Assembly: GCA_944381935.1 (NCBI GenBank)
Contig: CALWMN010000011.1
Coordinates: 14,030-78,029, forward strand
Direction of reading: 5' to 3'
From: an uncultured Mediterraneibacter sp.
Lineage (GTDB): Bacteria > Bacillota > Clostridia > Lachnospirales > Lachnospiraceae
Length of the DNA: 64,000 nt
Below are positions 56,600 to 64,000 of this stretch, in pieces; position 1 is the first letter of the stretch, and the number at the start of each line of letters is the position of its first letter. The position numbers were made by a program, and so were the translations under genes. The notes beneath the pieces were generated by a model, which was not told where the DNA came from, did not search any database, and saw nothing but the letters and a program-made list of their open reading frames with translations.

Positions 56600-57439
56600 C
56601 TATCCTTTGACAGCTCCTGCCACCACGCCTTCAATGATGTATCTCTGGCAGAACAGGTAGAAAATAATGATCGGCACGATTGCCAGCACCAGGGTTCCCA
56701 TCATTGCCCCCATATCGACGGAACCATATCCTCCTTTTAAGTACTGCACTGCCATAGGGACGGTCTTGTATTTTCTCTGGTCCAGCACAAGGGACGGCAG
56801 AAGATAGTCGTTCCAGATCCACATTGCCTGCAGGATCACGACCGTGATACAGGTAGGCTTCGCGATCGGCATGACCACCCGGAAGAAGGTCTGGAGCGGC
56901 GTACATCCGTCGATCATGGCCGCCTCTTCAATCTCAAGAGGAATGGACTTCATAAATCCGGTGAACATAAAGACCGAAAGTCCTGCGCCGAATCCGAGAT
57001 AAATGATAATAATTCCCCAGGGATTCCCCATCTTCAGCATATTTGCGATCTTGGAGAGCGTATACATCTCCATCTGGAACGGCACGATCATCGCAAACAG
57101 GCAGAGGATATAGATGGCTCTCGTTACTTTTGTCTTCACACGGCTGATATACCACGCGCACATGGAACAGCAGAGAATAATCGCTGCCACGGAAAATATG
57201 GTGATGAAAAGGCTCCACCCGAACGCCCCGATCAGACCGGTCTGCTCGATGCCCCGGATATAGTTCTCCAGTCCCACGAACATGTTGTCCGTCGGGATTT
57301 TGAACGGATATTTGCTGATATACGCCTTCTTTTTAAATGAATTGATAAACACCAGTGCAATCGGATATATGTACAGAAGGCTTATAATTGTAAAAAATAT
57401 TGTCAGCGGCAAACCGTGCTTCGCTTTTCTTGCTCCCAT
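56600..57439 (-). CDS. Carbohydrate ABC transporter permease
   Basis: EAA loop IPLEIEEAAMIDGC; ends AGAVKG. Confidence 0.94.
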   Translation of the reverse strand: MGARKAKHGLPLTIFFTIISLLYIYPIALVFINSFKKKAYISKYPFKIPTDNMFVGLENYIRGIEQTGLIGAFGWSLFITIFSVAAIILCCSMCAWYISRVKTKVTRAIYILCLFAMIVPFQMEMYTLSKIANMLKMGNPWGIIIIYLGFGAGLSVFMFTGFMKSIPLEIEEAAMIDGCTPLQTFFRVVMPIAKPTCITVVILQAMWIWNDYLLPSLVLDQRKYKTVPMAVQYLKGGYGSVDMGAMMGTLVLAIVPIIIFYLFCQRYIIEGVVAGAVKG

Positions 57440-58281
57440 TACTGCTGCACCTCCTTAGACGTCGTGAGCCTGTTCTGCAACAGGGCGATCACTCCTACAA
57501 TGATAAAGAATACAACTGCCTTCGCCTGTCCGACTCCCTCCCATCCGGCCCTGCCGTAGAAGGTATTGTAAATGTTCAGCGCCAGCAGCTCTGACATCCT
57601 GGACGGCGCACCGTTTGTCAGTGCAAGGTTCTGGTCGAAGAGCTTGAATCCGTTTGTCAGCGTCAGGAATGTACAGATCGTAATGGACGGCATCACCATA
57701 GGGATGGTCACATGCCGCAGGATCTGCGATGGCCTCGCCCCGTCGATCTTTGCCGCCTCGATCAGTTCGCCGGGTATGTTCTGTATGCCGGATATGTAAA
57801 TGATCATCATGTAGCCGACCTGCTGCCAGAGCATCAGGATCACAAGCCCCCAGAAGCCGAACCACTCAGAATAAGTCAGCGTCCTCTCGAAACGGGCAAG
57901 CACGCCGTTTAAGAGAAGCTGCCAGACATACCCGAGGACGATACCGCCGATCAGGTTCGGCATGAAAAACACCGTACGGAATACATTGGTCCCTCGTATT
58001 CCTTTTGTCAGAAGAAGCGCCACCGCAAAGGCAAGCACATTGATCAGGATGACCGTTACGACCGTAAACAGCGCCGTGTACCAGAGTGAATGGATAAATT
58101 CCGCGTCCCCCAGTATCTTCAGATAGTTTCCGATTCCGATAAATTCCGCGTCCGTTACTGTCGTGAAATCACAAAACGAGAGGTAGATCCCGAGTATGAA
58201 CGGAGCAAGGAACCCGATCGCGAAGGCGATCATCGTAGGGAGTACAAATATCGGAAAATATTTTTTTATTGCTTTCTGCAT
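57439..58281 (-). CDS. Carbohydrate ABC transporter permease
   Basis: EAA loop ELIEAAKIDGA; TAATG coupling to the next permease; ATG 58281 (ORF track start 58302). Confidence 0.94.
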   Translation of the reverse strand: MQKAIKKYFPIFVLPTMIAFAIGFLAPFILGIYLSFCDFTTVTDAEFIGIGNYLKILGDAEFIHSLWYTALFTVVTVILINVLAFAVALLLTKGIRGTNVFRTVFFMPNLIGGIVLGYVWQLLLNGVLARFERTLTYSEWFGFWGLVILMLWQQVGYMMIIYISGIQNIPGELIEAAKIDGARPSQILRHVTIPMVMPSITICTFLTLTNGFKLFDQNLALTNGAPSRMSELLALNIYNTFYGRAGWEGVGQAKAVVFFIIVGVIALLQNRLTTSKEVQQ

Positions 58282-58300
58282 GTTTCCCTCTCCTTCCTGC

Positions 58301-58333
58301 AAAGGGCTCCGTCAGAAACTGCCGGAGCCCTTT
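58301..58333. terminator. Stem-loop between the SBP and permease genes
   Basis: Perfect 11-bp arms AAAGGGCTCCG / CGGAGCCCTTT. Confidence 0.7.
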
Positions 58334-58378
58334 TCTTGAACCGCTATGATAAAATCCTTAAAATCCCCTTTTTCACTT

Positions 58379-59719
58379 CTACTCGTTCGCTGCTGCGTAC
58401 TCTGTCGCCCAGCCGTCTACAAATGCCGTCACAACGCCGTCCCAGTCGCCCGTTCCCTGTGCGTACTCAAGAAGTGCGCTTCCCAGGTTGTTCTTCCAGT
58501 TCTCAGACGGCATGGTCGTAAAGTTCCAGCTCACAGGAGTCTTTCCTGCTTCGCTGTACTCTTCATTCGCCAGTACGAGCGGGTTGGACGGAAGGTAATC
58601 TGAGAATGTCGTAAACGGCGTTACAAATCCCATCTCATTTGCCAGCATATCTCGTCCTGCATCGCTCTCAACCACCCACTGCATAAAGTCAAGCGTTGCC
58701 TGGATGTCTTCCTCGGATGCATTTTTATTTACACACCAGTAGTTTTCAGAACCTGTACACAGCCCCTGTTCTTCCTCACCCTCGGCTCCAATGTAGATCG
58801 GAAGCATTCCGAGGTCTTCATCTGCCACCTCATTGTCCTTGATGTCGTTGTACGCCCAGGTACCGTTCTGGTAGAACACCGCTTCCCCAAGCGCAAACTC
58901 TGAAGATGCGTCATCTCCTGTCTTGGAAGAGATCATGGACGGCTCACATGTCGCATTGTTGATGTACAGATCCCAGATCTGCTTGTAATTGTCGAGGTAT
59001 GTACCCTCGATCGCATCCGTTGACGTGATGCCTCTGTCTTTGTACTCATAGTAGATCGGCAGGTTTGCAAGATGTGTCTTGAATCTCCAGTCAGAGGAAG
59101 AATCCATGCCGGCGGATGTAAATGCTCCTTCCACTCCCAGGTCGTCCTTGTGCGCCTGGATCTCTTCTGCCACTGTCTTAAGAGCATCGAAATTGTTCAG
59201 GTCGTCGATGGATTTCACCGTGGACCAGCTTGCGTCAAAGTAGTCGTTCAGGAGCGCTTTGTTGTAGATCAGCCCATATGTCTCGATCACGTATGCAACG
59301 CCAAGCACCTGATCTCCGTCTTTCAGCACATAGTCATCGCTGGACACGTCCTTGTACACGGCACTGTCTGACAGGTCATAGCAGTAATCCTTCCATGTGG
59401 CAAGTCCGACCGGCCCGTTCACCTGGAAAAGGGTCGGCGCCTCATCCTTTGCCATCTCGGACTTAAGCTGTGACTCATATGTACCGGAAGCCGCCGTCTG
59501 GACATCGACCTGTACCCCCGTCTCCTCTGTGTACTGCCCGGCAAGCTCTACCCACTGGTCCGCCTGCTCCGGCTTGAAGTTCAGATAATAGACCTTCCCC
59601 GTGGAACCGCTGCCGGACGAGCTGCCTCCATCCGAGTTACCCGAGCCTCCGCATCCTGTTACCAGTCCTCCGGCCATTGCCGCCGCCAGCACAAAGGCAA
59701 GCACTCTTTTCTTCTTCAT
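58379..59719 (-). CDS. Sugar ABC transporter substrate-binding lipoprotein
   Basis: Lipobox LVTGC, Gly/Ser linker, YYLNFKPE, FYQNGTWA; oligosaccharide-type SBP. Confidence 0.92.
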   Translation of the reverse strand: MKKKRVLAFVLAAAMAGGLVTGCGGSGNSDGGSSSGSGSTGKVYYLNFKPEQADQWVELAGQYTEETGVQVDVQTAASGTYESQLKSEMAKDEAPTLFQVNGPVGLATWKDYCYDLSDSAVYKDVSSDDYVLKDGDQVLGVAYVIETYGLIYNKALLNDYFDASWSTVKSIDDLNNFDALKTVAEEIQAHKDDLGVEGAFTSAGMDSSSDWRFKTHLANLPIYYEYKDRGITSTDAIEGTYLDNYKQIWDLYINNATCEPSMISSKTGDDASSEFALGEAVFYQNGTWAYNDIKDNEVADEDLGMLPIYIGAEGEEEQGLCTGSENYWCVNKNASEEDIQATLDFMQWVVESDAGRDMLANEMGFVTPFTTFSDYLPSNPLVLANEEYSEAGKTPVSWNFTTMPSENWKNNLGSALLEYAQGTGDWDGVVTAFVDGWATEYAAANE

Positions 59720-59898
59720 AAAACGTTCCTCCTTTTCGTCTTGTTTTTGTTGCCCTTATTATAGGAAACGGAGGGAAAAAGGAACATGATAAAATTTCAA
59801 GAAACGTGTCACTATTCCAAGATAATGTGTTATGATAGCCTCAGTCTGAAAAGCCGTCCCCTGGCGGCAACAGAAAAACAGCAGGAAAGGAGAAGACT

Positions 59899-60786
59899 AT
59901 GGACCGGACCATCACTTATACGATCGATCATGCAGGACAGAACCTCCGTATCGAACAGTTCCTGCGCAGGAAGGGATACTCCTGCCAGAACCTGGCCCGG
60001 CTTAAAAAGATGCCGGGGAGCATCCGCATAAACGGAACCTGGTCTTATATGAGGACGCCCCTCTCCCCGGGCGATGTGCTCACCGTGCACATCCGGGAGC
60101 GGGAATCTTCCCCGAACATTGTGCCCGTCAGGCTGCCCCTGGACATCATCTATGAGGATGAGGATATCATCCTCGTCAACAAGCCTGCCGGGATGCCGAC
60201 CCACCCCTCGCTGAACAATTACCGCAATTCCCTTGCCAACGCGCTTATGTACTATTATGAGCAGCAGGGAAAGCCTTTCATCTTCCGCTGCACGAACCGC
60301 CTGGACAGGGACACATCCGGCATCACGGTAATCGCAAAGCATATGGTCAGTTCTGCCATCCTCTCAGGCCTGGCAGTCCGCCACGAAGTCATAAGGGAGT
60401 ATCTTGCCATCACAAGGGGCAGCGTATCACCCCCGGCAGGCGTGATCTGCGCTCCCATCGGCAGAACGGGAAGTTCCCTGATCGAGCGCGCGGTCGACCC
60501 CGAACACGGGGAAAGGGCAGTGACCCATTACCGCGTTGCAGAAGAAAAAAACGGGCACAGCCTTGTCTCGCTCATTCTTGAGACAGGCCGCACCCATCAG
60601 ATCCGTGTTCATATGAAATATATCGGTTATCCCCTGATCGGGGACTATCTCTATAACCCTGACATGGAGTGCATCTCCCGGCAGGCGCTCCACTCCCGGA
60701 GCTTATGCTTCCCCCATCCCATCACCGGAGAGAAGATGGAGTTTTCCGCGCCGCTGCCTGAGGATATGCGCTCCGTGCTGGCATGA
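59899..60786 (+). CDS. RluA-family pseudouridine synthase
   Basis: S4-like N-terminus, NKPAGM.THP, catalytic NRLDRDTSG, LETGRTHQIRVH, GD.LY. Confidence 0.95.
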   Translation: MDRTITYTIDHAGQNLRIEQFLRRKGYSCQNLARLKKMPGSIRINGTWSYMRTPLSPGDVLTVHIRERESSPNIVPVRLPLDIIYEDEDIILVNKPAGMPTHPSLNNYRNSLANALMYYYEQQGKPFIFRCTNRLDRDTSGITVIAKHMVSSAILSGLAVRHEVIREYLAITRGSVSPPAGVICAPIGRTGSSLIERAVDPEHGERAVTHYRVAEEKNGHSLVSLILETGRTHQIRVHMKYIGYPLIGDYLYNPDMECISRQALHSRSLCFPHPITGEKMEFSAPLPEDMRSVLA

Positions 60787-60797
60787 CCCGCTGCCGG

Positions 60798-61571
60798 TTA
60801 TACACTCAGCTTCCTGTCTGCCATCCATCCGGTCGCACCAAAAAGCACTGCGCTGATCACCAGATAATACATCAGATACCACCCGCTGTATCCGAGCGTA
60901 AAGCTTCCCGCTTCATGGATCGCCGGAATACTGTCTATCAGGCTCCATCCTCTCTCAATGACCCAGTTGATGACAAAGAAGAGTATGACGGAGACCAGTC
61001 CGGCATATTTAGAATTGATCAGCACAGTCCTTGACAGCACGACTGCCAGGAAACCGATCATGATGACCTCTGTCCAGGAGAGGAAGATGGAAATGGCAAG
61101 CCAGATGATATCCGACCAGCTTAAAATGTCCTGCAGGTTTGCTTCTGCCGCAATTTCCAGTATCATTTTTATCGCATCCACAAGCTCGCTGATCCCTCCG
61201 GCCGTATATATCGCCGCCAGCAGGCAGATACACCCGGCGGCAAAATACAGGGCAAACACAAACAGCATCTGCAGGATCGCAGAGATGAATTTCGCCCCGA
61301 ATATCTCCCATACAGATTTGGGAACCATCCAGAGCATGTAGCTCTGCTTCGTCTTCAGATCCCGGTTCAGTACAAGTATGCTCTCAATCCCTGTATACAA
61401 AAGCACCAGCATGGATGAACAGAACATCAGAACAAGCGCGATCCCCGCTGTGGTGTCATTCTTAAATAAAATCCCCCAGAGGAACACAAGCACTCCCACT
61501 GCCAGCAGAATGAGGATTACCATCCTTGACGTCCTCTGTTTTCTCAGTTCATATCCAATCAGTTTTCCCAT
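60798..61571 (-). CDS. ABC-2-type exporter membrane protein
   Basis: About six TMs, N-terminal LIGYEL, follows an ABC ATPase. Confidence 0.75.
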   Translation of the reverse strand: MGKLIGYELRKQRTSRMVILILLAVGVLVFLWGILFKNDTTAGIALVLMFCSSMLVLLYTGIESILVLNRDLKTKQSYMLWMVPKSVWEIFGAKFISAILQMLFVFALYFAAGCICLLAAIYTAGGISELVDAIKMILEIAAEANLQDILSWSDIIWLAISIFLSWTEVIMIGFLAVVLSRTVLINSKYAGLVSVILFFVINWVIERGWSLIDSIPAIHEAGSFTLGYSGWYLMYYLVISAVLFGATGWMADRKLSV

Positions 61572-61584
61572 TTCCTTTCCCTCC

Positions 61585-62271
61585 TTACATGATCTCCATA
61601 TAAATATCCCTGACAGAGCGTCCGTTCATGATGCGCTCCTTCTCAAGGTCTGCTGTCCGTATCAGTTCCCCGTTTTTGACAAAGACTGCCACATCGACAA
61701 AGCTCTCAATCTCCTCGAGCAGATGTGTGGATATGACAAAGGTATTCTTCTCGTCCGCCTCTTCCACTATGATGGAAACAACCTCTTCTCTCGCTTTGTA
61801 GTCAATACCGTTTAGCGGCTCATCCAGCAGGCAGAGCTTTGCCTTTCTTGCCAGTGTCGCCGCAATCTTAAGCTTTGCATGCATACCGCTTGACATCTCC
61901 CTGGCTTTCATGGATTCTTCCAGCCCCATCTTCCCGAGCAGCTCCCTGTACCTGTCCATATCAAAATCTCCGAAGAAATCCTGATAATAGCGCCCCACAT
62001 CCGCCGCTTTCATCCAGTCGTAGAAAAACGGTTCCGTCGCCATGTAGGCGATCTCTTCCTTATCTTTATATCCCAGCGGGCGTCCCATGTAATGGATCTC
62101 TCCCTGTGTCGGCTTTATCAGGCCTGCCACCATCTTCATCCAGGTCGTCTTCCCGCTCCCGTTCTCTCCCAGAAGTCCGTAGATCTTCCCCGTCTCCAGA
62201 TTAAGGTTCAGATCCTTCAGCGCCTTTTTCGCCCCGTATGTTTTACTCAATCCTCTACATTCCAGCATCAT
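61585..62271 (-). CDS. ABC transporter ATP-binding protein (YtrB-like)
   Basis: Walker A GENGSGKT, MSSG signature, Walker B LLDEP, ISTH. Confidence 0.94.
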   Translation of the reverse strand: MMLECRGLSKTYGAKKALKDLNLNLETGKIYGLLGENGSGKTTWMKMVAGLIKPTQGEIHYMGRPLGYKDKEEIAYMATEPFFYDWMKAADVGRYYQDFFGDFDMDRYRELLGKMGLEESMKAREMSSGMHAKLKIAATLARKAKLCLLDEPLNGIDYKAREEVVSIIVEEADEKNTFVISTHLLEEIESFVDVAVFVKNGELIRTADLEKERIMNGRSVRDIYMEIM

Positions 62272-62630
62272 TCCTGTTCCTCCTTATAATCCGCAATCTG
62301 AAATATGATATCATCTTTCTGAAATCCCAGGTCCCTCATCTCATGCATAAAGTTCCGAAGGACTTCCTCTGCCATCTCTTTTTTCACATTCTCAAACATA
62401 TTCTCCTCCTCTGAAACAAATGTCCCGATGCCCCGCTTCGTATAGCAGAACCCTTCGCTTTCCATCTCCCGGTAAATGCGCGCCGCCGTATTCTGGTTCA
62501 CCTTATAGAGCACAGCCAGCTCGCGGTTAGACGGCATCTTATCCCCGGGGTTTAGCTCTCCTTTTATCATCTTTTTCTTCAGATCTCTGATCACCTGAAT
62601 ATAGATAGGAGTCTCTGCATTGTATTCCAT
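62268..62630 (-). CDS. GntR-family regulator, YtrA subfamily
   Basis: PIYIQ, PGDKMPS.RELA, VNQNT..R.Y, RG.GTFV; short C-terminus. Confidence 0.93.
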   Translation of the reverse strand: MEYNAETPIYIQVIRDLKKKMIKGELNPGDKMPSNRELAVLYKVNQNTAARIYREMESEGFCYTKRGIGTFVSEEENMFENVKKEMAEEVLRNFMHEMRDLGFQKDDIIFQIADYKEEQE

Positions 62631-62663
62631 ATCATCCCTCCCGTTTATATTGTTCTATTGCCT

Positions 62664-62707
62664 TAGTGCTATAGTTAGATAGTACACTAGTTTGATATAA
62701 ATGTCAA
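62664..62707 (-). promoter_or_regulatory. Promoter with an overlapping YtrA-type imperfect palindrome
   Basis: TTGACA(62707)-17 bp-TACTAT(62684); TAGTGTACTA...TAGCACTA inverted repeat spans the -10. Confidence 0.6.
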
Positions 62708-62748
62708 GGTTTTTTTATAATCAGATGAGGGATATTCCCTCCCCCTAC

Positions 62749-62848
62749 CCGCTCACCGCGATACCCCGCTCATCTCGCGGCATTGCCGCTTGATGACCGT
62801 TGCCCGCCGGATGCCCGTTCGTGCAAGCACGGCGGTCGCCCTCCGGGC
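62749..62848. repeat. GC-rich structured intergenic element (two hairpins), possibly a REP/MITE-like element
   Basis: CCGCGA/TCGCGG hairpin, CCGCTCA direct repeat, long imperfect hairpin centred on CGTGC-AA-GCACG. Confidence 0.3.
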
Positions 62849-62856
62849 GTATCGCA

Positions 62857-62892
62857 CAAAAAGAAAGCATCGCTGTTGCAATGCCTTCTTTT
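62857..62892 (-). terminator. Intrinsic terminator of the FtsX/MacB-like gene
   Basis: AAAAGAAAGCAT / ATGCCTTCTTTT arms with a T tract on the minus strand. Confidence 0.75.
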
Positions 62893-62901
62893 CGTATCTG
62901 T

Positions 62902-63999
62902 CTATTCATTTCTGATTGCAGCGAGAGGACTTAACTTCATGGCACGAAGCGCCGGGAAGTATCCTGCCGCCATGCCAACCAGCACGGCAAACACCAGGGA
63001 CGCGCCGACCAGCCAGACCGGGATATAGGAGAGGCTTCCGCCGATCCCCATACTCTGTCCCGAGACAAGGGCATTGATGACCACGGACATAAGAAGGCTG
63101 AGCAGGTTTCCCACAATGCCCCCCATAAAGCCGATAAAACCGGCTTCCAGCAAAAACATCTGCCGGATATTTTTCAGGCCGCATCCGATTACCTTCATGA
63201 CCCCGATCTCTTTCGTCCTCTCATAGATGGACATCATCATGGTATTGGCGATCCCGATTGCCGCCACGAACAGGGATACCGCTCCGATTCCTCCCAGGAC
63301 CGCCTGTACCATCGCAAACTGCTTCTTCATACTGTTGATGTATTCGATATTGCTTGTCACATCATAGCCGAGGCTTCGGATCGTGGTCGTCAGCTCCTCC
63401 ACATGTTCCATATCATCCGCCTGCACGCTGGCTGACGTATATACGAACTGCTTGTACGGTTTGCCGCTCTGTGTCGTCGGCTGCCCGGGTATCGCCCTTC
63501 CCCTGAACTCTTTTTGCAGGCAGCTTTTCAGTATATCGATGTCACAGAACACAGACCAGGAATTTGCATTATAGTCATTGATTCCGTCCCCTTCCATCAC
63601 ACCGCTTGCCCTGACCACATATTTCTTCGGAGCTTTTTTCTGCCCTGACGTTTCCGGTCCGGTCTCCCCCGCAGCCTCTGACATACCTGCCGACACCGTG
63701 TCCTGGCTTGCAAAATAGCCGTCCTGGTCCAAAATCAGGAAGACCGAATCGTGCTCCAGGTCAATATCCGGCAGCTCCCCGGTTTCCCAATACCCTTTTC
63801 CTGTCGATTCTTCCATAAAGTCCTGGATGACCATATTGCCGTACACCAGCTCCAGCTCCTGGCTGTCCGGGTCCGGCAGCCTTCCTCCCGGCTTCAGTTC
63901 AAAATTTCTGGATTCCAGCTCCTCTGCACTCATTCCGTACAGATTGATATATGCCATGTATCCGCCTTTCAATGCTATGGCACTGACATTGAGGACGGG
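62902..63999 (-). CDS. FtsX/MacB-like ABC permease, 5'-truncated by the window edge
   Basis: GGIGAVSLFVAAIGIANTMMMSIYERTKEIGVMKVIG, EAGFIG, GYFPALRA; the frame stays open to the window end (PVLNVSAIALKGG). Confidence 0.92.
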   Translation of the reverse strand, partial: PVLNVSAIALKGGYMAYINLYGMSAEELESRNFELKPGGRLPDPDSQELELVYGNMVIQDFMEESTGKGYWETGELPDIDLEHDSVFLILDQDGYFASQDTVSAGMSEAAGETGPETSGQKKAPKKYVVRASGVMEGDGINDYNANSWSVFCDIDILKSCLQKEFRGRAIPGQPTTQSGKPYKQFVYTSASVQADDMEHVEELTTTIRSLGYDVTSNIEYINSMKKQFAMVQAVLGGIGAVSLFVAAIGIANTMMMSIYERTKEIGVMKVIGCGLKNIRQMFLLEAGFIGFMGGIVGNLLSLLMSVVINALVSGQSMGIGGSLSYIPVWLVGASLVFAVLVGMAAGYFPALRAMKLSPLAAIRNE

Positions 64000-64000
64000 A

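Noticed and set aside
1-64000. CRISPR arrays, tRNA/rRNA genes, IS elements, prophage
   Set aside because: No regularly spaced repeats, no cloverleaf or rRNA signatures, and no transposase, integrase or phage ORFs were seen by eye; a tRNAscan or Infernal run would be needed to exclude small RNAs formally.

Overview
Anaerobic Firmicute chromosome segment, most likely Lachnospiraceae/Clostridia (inferred from gene content, GGAG ribosome-binding sites and sigma70-type promoters). No rRNA, tRNA, CRISPR array, transposase or phage gene was seen. The first ~31 kb is a dense sugar-catabolism island with two parts. Part A (84-16220) has two converging operons, each encoding a non-PFL glycyl radical enzyme (GRE) with its own activase. 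Around them lie a sedoheptulokinase-like FGGY kinase, a PfkB kinase, a class II aldolase, two aldo-keto reductases, an ABC importer and a divergent ADP-dependent sugar kinase. Both GRE operon promoters carry the same 19-bp near-palindrome, TTGTAAA-N5-TTGACAA, over the -35 box. Part B (16323-31158) has two RpiR regulators, a second aldolase, an apiosidase-like (DUF4038) hydrolase, an SDR, a second ABC importer, and a SIS isomerase / Zn-dehydrogenase / SAF-domain oxidoreductase / FucI-like isomerase / FGGY kinase operon. The remainder is largely housekeeping: era, M16C peptidase, YdbS/T, YitT, topB, GNAT, SleB-like hydrolase, ribU with an FMN riboswitch, a J-domain cluster, bioY with a BirA box, tex, a YesMN plus ABC sugar system, RluA and YtrA-ABC. 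It also holds an enolase paralog that has lost its catalytic residues, an AT-richer C5-MTase plus putative restriction endonuclease pair, and a candidate sRNA. The best candidate for an undescribed system is the co-regulated dual-GRE radical sugar pathway. Family assignments come from motif recognition by eye, not from database searches. Several CDS starts were moved downstream of the ORF-track start where an SD plus ATG fits better.
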